Positions 6,143 through 13,034 of a DNA stretch of 32,000 nucleotides are shown here, piece by piece. Positions within the stretch are counted from its first letter, which is position 1. Each line of letters begins with the position of its first letter. The DNA is from an uncultured Bacilli bacterium (GTDB taxonomy: Bacteria; Bacillota_I; Bacilli_A; RF39; UBA660), in contig CALVRH010000007.1 in assembly GCA_944358535.1 (NCBI GenBank), positions 1 to 32,000 on the forward strand, given 5' to 3'. The notes under the pieces are model-generated. The model was not told where the DNA came from and made no database searches. It was given only the letters and a program-made list of their open reading frames with translations. The position numbers and the translations under genes are program-made.

Positions 6143-7693
6143 TTATCTTGTTTTTCCTTTTGAATTACTACTTATTTCATTTGAATATAATCTATCAAGT
6201 TGTTCAGTATCTATGTATATTACTTTCCCACCTGGCGGATTAATTTCTATTCTACCGAAAACTATCCATATTGCATCTATTGGTGTACTTGGCATATCTG
6301 CATCTCCATCTGTAAAAATTATCTTATTTTCGACTCTTCTTGTAAATGCATTGATAGCCGCATCAAAGTTAGTTCCACCACCACCATAAAATTCCAAATT
6401 GTCAATATCGGATACATCTTTAATTTCAGTAAAACCATAAAACTTTGTATCAAAACATCCAACTTTAACTTTAGATGTTTGTAATATATTTTTACACTCT
6501 CTTAAAAAGTTTCTAAGTAGTGTTTCATCTATAGAACCACTCGTATCTAATACGATTTCTGTCTCTGGTCTTGGCATTTCCTCTAAATATGCTGTTACAA
6601 CACCATCTTCTATGCCCGCATTTTGATATGACCAGTCAACATCATATTTAACAGCTTCTTTTAATAATCTTCTCCAATCAATAAATGGTTCAGCTGTTCC
6701 AATGTCAGTTATATTTCTTATTTCACTATTTGTAGTGTTTCCATAACCATGTGACTCGCTGGCTAGTGCTTTTCTTAATTCTTCTAGTTGTTTTTTTCTT
6801 AATATTTTATTTTGTTTAAATGTTTCTTTTTCTCCTAATTCTGTTAACTTTTTTATTTCTTCATTCTTTTTCTTTTCTTGCTCTTTATTTTGGTTTTCAT
6901 CAAGTTGTTGTAGCTGTGATTGTTGTTCTTTTTTCTTATCAAACATTTTACTTGATTTATCTAACAAGCTTTGTTTATCTTCACCCTTGTCGTTAGATTG
7001 TCCTGTATTAGATTGTGTTTGTTCTTCTTGATGTCTCTTTTCTACTGCTTTATCCCACATAGAATGAGTGTCATGCCCAACATCTTGTTGTTTTTCTTCT
7101 TTCTGTAAATCTTCACCAGAGCCACCACAACTTTGCTCTTTTGATTGTTTATTTTGTTCTTGTGAACTTTCACTACTAGAGCTGCTTTGTTGTTGAAATT
7201 GTGATTGCTGTTCATTGTTTCCATTTTGTCCATTACCACCACTTTGTTGTTGGCTACCTTTTTGATTTTTACCATTGCCCTGTCCATTTGGTTGTTGCTG
7301 TTGTGTCTTTTCCTCTAAAAGTTTTTTGTACATTTCTTCTGCATCATAATTAATCGCCTCTGGAATATCAACACCACCTTCAACTATAGATAATCCATCT
7401 TGTTTTAGAAAAGCATTTATAACCGAATCAGTTGCTATATTCCATAAATCTTTATCTTTACCTTCACTTCTAAAAATGTGATCAAATGCTATATGACATA
7501 TTTCGTGAGCAAAAATAAATGTTTGCTCTTCATCTGTAATAGATTCAATAAAGTTAGGATTATAATAAATGGTTTTGCCATCTGTTCCTGCTGTCCCTAC
7601 TGCTGGTTCAGCAATAAAGTTAGAATTAGCTACTACACTTCCAAAGAAAGGATACTTAACTAATAATCTTCTTTTAATAGAGTCTACATTCAT
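6143..7693 (-). CDS. Zn-metallopeptidase (DUF2201_N-like, HExxH), low-complexity linker, vWA (DUF2201-like) protein
   Basis: FIFAHEICHIAFDH (HExxH, 7493-7507) with a downstream NIATDSVIN block. Residues ~127-300 are Q/N/S/E/K-rich. The C-terminal vWA has a DTSGS MIDAS motif (6533-6547), GGGGTNF and IFTDGDA. Confidence 0.85.
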   Translation of the reverse strand: MNVDSIKRRLLVKYPFFGSVVANSNFIAEPAVGTAGTDGKTIYYNPNFIESITDEEQTFIFAHEICHIAFDHIFRSEGKDKDLWNIATDSVINAFLKQDGLSIVEGGVDIPEAINYDAEEMYKKLLEEKTQQQQPNGQGNGKNQKGSQQQSGGNGQNGNNEQQSQFQQQSSSSSESSQEQNKQSKEQSCGGSGEDLQKEEKQQDVGHDTHSMWDKAVEKRHQEEQTQSNTGQSNDKGEDKQSLLDKSSKMFDKKKEQQSQLQQLDENQNKEQEKKKNEEIKKLTELGEKETFKQNKILRKKQLEELRKALASESHGYGNTTNSEIRNITDIGTAEPFIDWRRLLKEAVKYDVDWSYQNAGIEDGVVTAYLEEMPRPETEIVLDTSGSIDETLLRNFLRECKNILQTSKVKVGCFDTKFYGFTEIKDVSDIDNLEFYGGGGTNFDAAINAFTRRVENKIIFTDGDADMPSTPIDAIWIVFGRIEINPPGGKVIYIDTEQLDRLYSNEISSNSKGKTR

Positions 7694-7702
7694 AAGTTAT
7701 CC

Positions 7703-8104
7703 TTAAATTTGTGCTAATAATGAATATACTTCTTCATTTATTTTATTAGCAGTTAAATCGGAACAAGTAACAATAACCAAACAATTTTTAGGTAATTCAA
7801 ATGTACTAACTTTTTTATATTTAAGTATCTCAATAAATTTAGTTTGTTCTTCTAATGGTGTTTCATTTATATTTTCAATTACTAAAACTGACGTGTTTGT
7901 TTTACTTCTATCTAATAATTCTTTATACCAAAGTGGAGGACAAAAATCTGTATTTTCATAATGCCCATTTAATTCAGATCTATCAATATTTGATTTTATA
8001 ATAACTGAATTATTAAAAGAATTAGAAGGTATGTTTTGAACCAATAATGGAGATACTCCAGATTTAATATAATTTTCTAATAAATTTAATCTTTCTTTAT
8101 TCAT
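7703..8104 (-). CDS. Degenerate AAA_5 core paralogue (pseudo-ATPase) of the upstream ATPase
   Basis: Aligns by eye with residues ~305-455 of the 8101-10035 product. Walker A GRSSEGKS becomes QNIPSNSF, PPTWY matches PPLWY, and Walker B IIFFDELTNA becomes VLVIENINET. LPPNARIVAAGN matches LPKNCLVIVTCS. There is a 4-nt ATGA overlap with the upstream gene. Confidence 0.7.
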   Translation of the reverse strand: MNKERLNLLENYIKSGVSPLLVQNIPSNSFNNSVIIKSNIDRSELNGHYENTDFCPPLWYKELLDRSKTNTSVLVIENINETPLEEQTKFIEILKYKKVSTFELPKNCLVIVTCSDLTANKINEEVYSLLAQI

Positions 8105-10035
8105 CTTCTTATTCCTCCTTGTGATAAGCTATCAGCCATTTGTACTTCTGCAAGGCGTTCTAATCTTCTCTCATCTCCATGTGCCCACATAGATTCAAAT
8201 GCAGCTCTTGGTTCTGCACCTACTTGCTTCATAAAATCTCTTACTACTTCAAAATGCTCATCATCAACAGAGGATAATCCAACTGCTGTTGCAAATTTTT
8301 GTGATACATCCATTTCTAAATCTCTACTTGAATAATTATGATTAATTACATCTTCAACACTTATTACTTGCCTACTTGCAAATGCTGTAAAATCCTTTGT
8401 CAAATCTTCTCCTATTAATGCTCTTAACATTTCTGGCTGTTTAGTTTTATAAAGTAATTTAGATGCCATTTCCCATTTTCTTGGGTCTGCATTAGGTTTA
8501 TCTCCAGTATACGGAGTTCTTAAGACATCATGACCACTATAAGACTTATATGCTATGTAAGCATATATAGAAGGATGAATTTTCGCCTCTGATTCTCCCT
8601 CTTTATAATCTAATCTTTCGTATTTTTCTTTAGGTGTTGATGCCCATTTTAACCAGCTATCTACTGTTGTATGAATATAAACATGAGCAAATCTGTTGAA
8701 TAATGGTTCTGCCATTTGATTTGCCGCTAATGAATCATTTAAATCGTTTCCAGCAGCAACTATTCTTGCATTAGGTGGTAACTTCCATTTACCATTTACT
8801 TCACCATCTAATACTATGTTAAATGCCATACCTTGTATGGAAGGAAGTGCATTTGTAAGTTCATCAAAGAATATAATATGAATTTTATCTGGTTCAGCTT
8901 CACATTTTTCTTTTACTTTTGAATACCATGTTGGTGGTACATCAATCATTTCTCCTGTTGCAGCGTTATAAACACTCTTTCCATTTAAGCTATCAGGAGT
9001 TGCATTTCTCATATATATTATTTCTAAGTCTGGATCTAATTGTTTTACTCTTGCTGATTTACCTTCACTTGATCTACCATGTAAGAATACTGGAACATTA
9101 CTTTCTACTGCTCCTCTTATTATATCTTCTTCTGATACTCCATCAAAATTGAAGCCATAAGGGTTTTGTTTTCTTACCGGTTCTTTTCCTTCTAAATTTT
9201 GGGTTTGTTCTACTGATGTAGTTGGTGAATAAACTCTGTCAGTTACTATTTCTTTTGAGAAATAATTATCTATAAATTGTTTTATATCAGTTCTATCAAA
9301 ATCGCCTTTGTAATCTCTACGATTTTTAAATTGTACTCCAGAAAAAATTAATTTCTTCGAAAGTGCTATATTTGCTCTTTCATCTACTAGCCAAGTTATT
9401 GGTTCAACACGAACCCAATATGTATTTCCTGATTGAATTGTTCTACCATCAGACAAAACCTCTCCATCACAGTTTGAATCACCAACAAAACGAATATATT
9501 TACTTCCATTATATTCATATTCAGTATGAGCTCTAGGCCTAAAATTTGTATCATAATCTTGGTATCTAACTGAATCTGTTGTATAATTTTTGCCTGTAGT
9601 TCTTAAACTTCCATTATTGTATGCTCTTTCTAATTCACGAGAATAATTTTCATCAACAATTGTTTGTGGATATTCACCATAAAGGGTTTCCTTAATTCCA
9701 CTGGCACCTCTCACTCCGTTCGAGGAGACCATTTGGATTGAAGAGTAAAGTAAAGCTGGGCGAGCCCCACCAAAGCGCTTATAAACATTGAACCAACTTC
9801 TAGTACCATTTCGGCTAACGACGCGCGCGTCATTGTTATAAGGTGTTTTTGTCCACCACCAACCAGTTCTATCTTTTCTAGTATTTCCTTCACTAGTATA
9901 ATCATCTGATGATACATAACCACCTAATAAAATAGAAAAATCAGTTATAGCACATTTTGTACCATATCTACTTATTATATCTAACTGATTAATTCCAAAT
10001 ATTTGTTCAACAGTTAAAAATGTAAAGTTATTCAT
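8101..10035 (-). CDS. Lectin-like (DUF6273-like) N-terminal module fused to an AAA_5 / MoxR-NorQ-class ATPase
   Basis: Walker A GRSSEGKS (9055-9078), Walker B HIIFFDE (D391-E392 at 8860-8865), sensor ARIVAAGN and EPLFNRFAHVYI. The N-terminus has GWWWTKTP...GGARPALLYSS, the motif shared with 27460-28377. Confidence 0.85.
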   Translation of the reverse strand: MNNFTFLTVEQIFGINQLDIISRYGTKCAITDFSILLGGYVSSDDYTSEGNTRKDRTGWWWTKTPYNNDARVVSRNGTRSWFNVYKRFGGARPALLYSSIQMVSSNGVRGASGIKETLYGEYPQTIVDENYSRELERAYNNGSLRTTGKNYTTDSVRYQDYDTNFRPRAHTEYEYNGSKYIRFVGDSNCDGEVLSDGRTIQSGNTYWVRVEPITWLVDERANIALSKKLIFSGVQFKNRRDYKGDFDRTDIKQFIDNYFSKEIVTDRVYSPTTSVEQTQNLEGKEPVRKQNPYGFNFDGVSEEDIIRGAVESNVPVFLHGRSSEGKSARVKQLDPDLEIIYMRNATPDSLNGKSVYNAATGEMIDVPPTWYSKVKEKCEAEPDKIHIIFFDELTNALPSIQGMAFNIVLDGEVNGKWKLPPNARIVAAGNDLNDSLAANQMAEPLFNRFAHVYIHTTVDSWLKWASTPKEKYERLDYKEGESEAKIHPSIYAYIAYKSYSGHDVLRTPYTGDKPNADPRKWEMASKLLYKTKQPEMLRALIGEDLTKDFTAFASRQVISVEDVINHNYSSRDLEMDVSQKFATAVGLSSVDDEHFEVVRDFMKQVGAEPRAAFESMWAHGDERRLERLAEVQMADSLSQGGIRR

Positions 10036-10053
10036 ATATAAATCACCATAGAT

Positions 10054-10081
10054 ATCATAACGTATTTTATTTTTTTGTCAA
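10054..10081 (-). promoter_or_regulatory. Sigma-A promoter of the three-gene operon
   Basis: The minus strand reads TTGACA, a 16-nt spacer, then TATGAT. GGTGA and the ATG follow. Confidence 0.55.
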
Positions 10082-10113
10082 GGCTTAAGGAGATTTAAGG
10101 CTTTTTTTGGATA

Positions 10114-10142
10114 TTGACTAGGTAAATTAAACATGATAAAAT
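10114..10142 (+). promoter_or_regulatory. Sigma-A promoter of the T-box leader
   Basis: TTGACT, a 17-nt spacer, then TAAAAT. Confidence 0.55.
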
Positions 10143-10149
10143 GTTGTTA

Positions 10150-10346
10150 GTAAATCAATGACAAAGAATAGTAATATAAATGCTATTTTATAAGAGAGTT
10201 AGTGGTTGGTGCGAACTAATAATGGCTTTATATGAATCTACTTTGGAGAGAAGTTAAAAACTTCCGGGATGACCGTTATCATAATTAAGCAGCCGTATAG
10301 GATGGTACCGTATTACATATACTCCTAACATAGGGCTGTTTTTTCT
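10150..10346 (+). promoter_or_regulatory. T-box riboswitch leader, serine specifier (TCT)
   Basis: AGAGAG bulge (10193-10198) and a specifier loop GAA-TCT-A (TCT at 10237-10239). F-box CCGTTA (10273-10278), T-box core GGATGGTACCG (~10300-10310), then a terminator arm and T-run (10339-10346). Confidence 0.8.
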
Positions 10347-10367
10347 TTAAATTGGAGGTGTTTATGT

Positions 10368-10874
10368 ATGAATAACTGGTTAAAATATTTTAGTAATGAA
10401 GAAGTTTCTGGATTTAGAAATGCAGAAAATTTATATGGTAAAGCATATTTAATATGTGAAAAGGTTTTTGAAGGAAAGAAAAATAAAGCGGGTATTCCCT
10501 ATATGGATTATTTATCTATATTAGCTGATTATTTTTCTGATGAGAAAGCTAAAGCTGTTTCTTTAATGCATGATATTTTTAAGGAAACTGATTTAACTGA
10601 AGAAGATTTAAGTTATATTGGTTTTCCAAGTGATGTAGTTAAAGCTGTATCGATTCTTACAAGAGGTAAAGATGAGGATTATGATTCATTTATTAATAGA
10701 ATTATCGATAGTAAGAATGGTTTAGCTTTACAAGTTAAAAAAGCTGATTTGAAACAAAGTATGAATGTTAGTGGCTTTGAGGTATCTGATGAATATTTGA
10801 ATAGAATTGATGTTAGATATAAGCCACAATATGAGAAAATTTTAGGTTATTTAGATGAAACAGAGGAGAGTTAA
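10368..10874 (+). CDS. Small HD-domain protein, RelA/SpoT-hydrolase-like (HD_4-like), partly degenerate motifs
   Basis: GIPYMDYLSILA resembles GEPYxxHPLxVA, and SLMHDIFKETD resembles LLHDVxEDT. The assignment is by motif memory only. Confidence 0.45.
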   Translation: MNNWLKYFSNEEVSGFRNAENLYGKAYLICEKVFEGKKNKAGIPYMDYLSILADYFSDEKAKAVSLMHDIFKETDLTEEDLSYIGFPSDVVKAVSILTRGKDEDYDSFINRIIDSKNGLALQVKKADLKQSMNVSGFEVSDEYLNRIDVRYKPQYEKILGYLDETEES

Positions 10875-10876
10875 AC

Positions 10877-12163
10877 ATGATAGATATTAAGTTAATTAGA
10901 GAAAATAAAGATTTAGTTAAGGAGAATATTAAGAAAAAATTTCAAGATAAAAAATTACCTTTAGTAGATGAAGTATATGAACTTGATATTAAGTGCCGAG
11001 AGGCTAAGGGTAAAGGTGACGAACTTAGGGCATTAAAAAATGAAAAAAGCGCTTTAATTGGCGCTTTAATGCGCGAAGGTAAAAAAGAAGAGGCTGAAAA
11101 AGTTAAGGCTGAAGTTAGTAAATATGGCGATGAGATTGAAAGACTAGGTAAAGAGGAAGAAGAATTACGTGAGAAAATATATGCAGATATGATGGTTATT
11201 CCAAATATTATGGATTCATCTGTGCCTATTGGTGAGGATGACAGCAAGAATGTGGAATTGGAAAAATTTGGAGAGCCTATTATTCCTTCTTTTGAGGTTC
11301 CACACCATGCGGATATTTGTGCGAGATTAAATGGTTTAGATAAGGAAAGTGCGGGAAGAACAAGTGGTAATGGTTTTTACTATTTGATGGGAGATGTGGC
11401 TAGGCTACATTCTGCAATGCTTAGTTATGCTAGAGATTTTATGATAGATAAAGGGTTTACTTACTGCATTCCCCCATTTATGATTAGAAGTGATGTTGTA
11501 AATGGTGTTATGAGTTTTGAGGAAATGGATGCAATGATGTATAAAATTGAAGGTGAAGATTTATATTTGATTGGTACATCTGAACACTCTATGATTGGTA
11601 AATTTCAAGGACAAATTATTAAAGAGGAAGAACTACCTATTACACTTACTAGTTACTCACCTTGTTTTAGAAAAGAAGTTGGAGCTCATGGAATTGAGGA
11701 ACGTGGACTTTATAGAGTTCATCAATTTGAAAAACAAGAGATGGTAGTTTTGTGTAAACCTGAAGATGGTATGAAGTTTTATGATAAAATGTGGAAGTAT
11801 ACTGTGGAATTTTTTAGAAGTTTAAATGTTCCTGTTAGAACACTAGAGTGCTGCAGTGGTGATTTAGCTGATTTGAAGGTTAAATCATGTGATGTTGAGG
11901 CATTCAGCCCTAGACAAAATAAGTATTTTGAAGTTGGATCTTGTTCAATTTTAGGTGATGCGCAAGCTAGAAGACTTGGAATACGTATGAAAACTAAAAA
12001 TGGTAATGAATATGTGACTACTTTAAATAATACAGTTCTTGCTACTCCAAGAGGTTTAATTGCCTTTTTGGAAAACAATGTAAATGAGGATGGAAGTGTT
12101 AATATTCCAGAAGCATTAAGGCCTTATATGGGAGGTATTGAGAAATTAGTTCCTAAAGACTGA
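10877..12163 (+). CDS. serS: Seryl-tRNA synthetase
   Basis: N-terminal coiled-coil arm followed by class II core blocks (FRKEVGAHG..., YRVHQFEKQE, NNTVLATPR). Confidence 0.95.
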   Translation: MIDIKLIRENKDLVKENIKKKFQDKKLPLVDEVYELDIKCREAKGKGDELRALKNEKSALIGALMREGKKEEAEKVKAEVSKYGDEIERLGKEEEELREKIYADMMVIPNIMDSSVPIGEDDSKNVELEKFGEPIIPSFEVPHHADICARLNGLDKESAGRTSGNGFYYLMGDVARLHSAMLSYARDFMIDKGFTYCIPPFMIRSDVVNGVMSFEEMDAMMYKIEGEDLYLIGTSEHSMIGKFQGQIIKEEELPITLTSYSPCFRKEVGAHGIEERGLYRVHQFEKQEMVVLCKPEDGMKFYDKMWKYTVEFFRSLNVPVRTLECCSGDLADLKVKSCDVEAFSPRQNKYFEVGSCSILGDAQARRLGIRMKTKNGNEYVTTLNNTVLATPRGLIAFLENNVNEDGSVNIPEALRPYMGGIEKLVPKD

Positions 12164-12194
12164 TATTAATTTATCGGTTTTTTTCATAATAAAA

Positions 12195-12245
12195 AGGAAT
12201 TTCGCCTTTCACGAAGTATGTTAATCTATGAAAGGAGGAATTCCT
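12195..12245. terminator. Long imperfect hairpin between convergent serS and the nuclease gene
   Basis: aggaatttcgcctttc (12195-12210) pairs with gaaaggaggaattcct (12230-12245). It is flanked by an A-run and a T-rich tract. Confidence 0.5.
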
Positions 12246-12311
12246 ATGTTTTATTTGATAGAACAATTTAGATTTATTATTTATGTTATTTGGGAATATT
12301 TTGATTATAAA

Positions 12312-13034
12312 TCAAGATAGATGGCTATCACCATTGGTATAATCGATAGTGATGCCATCTTGTACATTATATATATAGACATTGAAGCATATTTTTCCGC
12401 ATTTATCTTCTACAGAACTTGCTTCTATTTGAACACCGCTAGCTAGTAAGTTATTACTTTCATAAATTGGAGTTACTCTATATAAAACATGATTGTTTGT
12501 TTCATCTATGTAATTTGCAACTTTATTTTCAAAGTCTAACATGGCTCCAGTGTTCATCTGTCTTGTGCAGGTTATTAAGTTTTTTTCATTGGCATTTTCG
12601 CCAGTTAATTGATAACCTATTAAATGGCAACGATTATACAAATATTTTCCACTTACAATATCATATTTTATAGTATGCCAGCCAGTAGGTTTAATCATAC
12701 CGATTGAGCCTCTTTCTATAGTTGGCATAGTTTCTTTTCCAACTTTAGCAAAGGCCCTTCCAGCTCTATTTAAACTATCTAAAGCACTATATGATTCGAA
12801 TGTTTCTTTAGTATAGTCTTCATCAGTAAAATCTGGTTTATTATTATTTATTTCAGTATAAGCATTACCATTATACTTTGGTATGTTTTCTAGGGTATAT
12901 GTTTCTTTTGTTTCAATTAATGGTTCAGTTAAAAATTCTTTTATTTCGTTTTGGTATGCAATACACAAGAATATTAAAACTATTAAAGTAGTTATAAATA
13001 TATTTTGTTTTTTCTTTTTACTTCTTCTTGCCAT
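12312..13034 (-). CDS. Membrane-anchored DNA/RNA non-specific endonuclease (EndA / Endonuclea_NS_2-like)
   Basis: N-terminal TM segment IFITTLIVLIFLCIAY and a catalytic-region block YNRCHLIGYQLTGENANEKNLITCTRQMN. The start overlaps the polA stop by 1 nt (TAATG). Confidence 0.7.
   Translation of the reverse strand: MARRSKKKKQNIFITTLIVLIFLCIAYQNEIKEFLTEPLIETKETYTLENIPKYNGNAYTEINNNKPDFTDEDYTKETFESYSALDSLNRAGRAFAKVGKETMPTIERGSIGMIKPTGWHTIKYDIVSGKYLYNRCHLIGYQLTGENANEKNLITCTRQMNTGAMLDFENKVANYIDETNNHVLYRVTPIYESNNLLASGVQIEASSVEDKCGKICFNVYIYNVQDGITIDYTNGDSHLS

Noticed and set aside
6200-7663. ORFs at 6200-6484 (+), 7042-7287 (-) and 7478-7663 (+) inside the peptidase-vWA gene
   Set aside because: They overlap frames of a motif-supported CDS. 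The 7042-7287 frame merely re-reads the low-complexity linker.
9751-9861. The GC-rich patch in the ATPase head and the patch at 27531-27646 forming a TR/VR pair, or sharing one TR
   Set aside because: Codon-by-codon comparison shows only a short shared ta(c/t) aac aa(c/t) gac gcg (YNNDA) block. Beyond it the sequences differ at third positions and in length, which is not the adenine-only mismatch pattern of a TR/VR pair.
8919-9923. ORFs at 8919-9152 (+) and 9711-9923 (-) inside the ATPase gene
   Set aside because: They are off-frame or antisense. The main frame carries the Walker A/B and WW...ARPAL motifs.
12246-12320. 24-codon ORF (MFYLIEQFRFIIYVIWEYFDYKSR) after AAAGGAGG
   Set aside because: The SD is the 3' arm of the serS/nuclease terminator hairpin, and the ORF runs into the convergent nuclease gene. 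It is most likely fortuitous.
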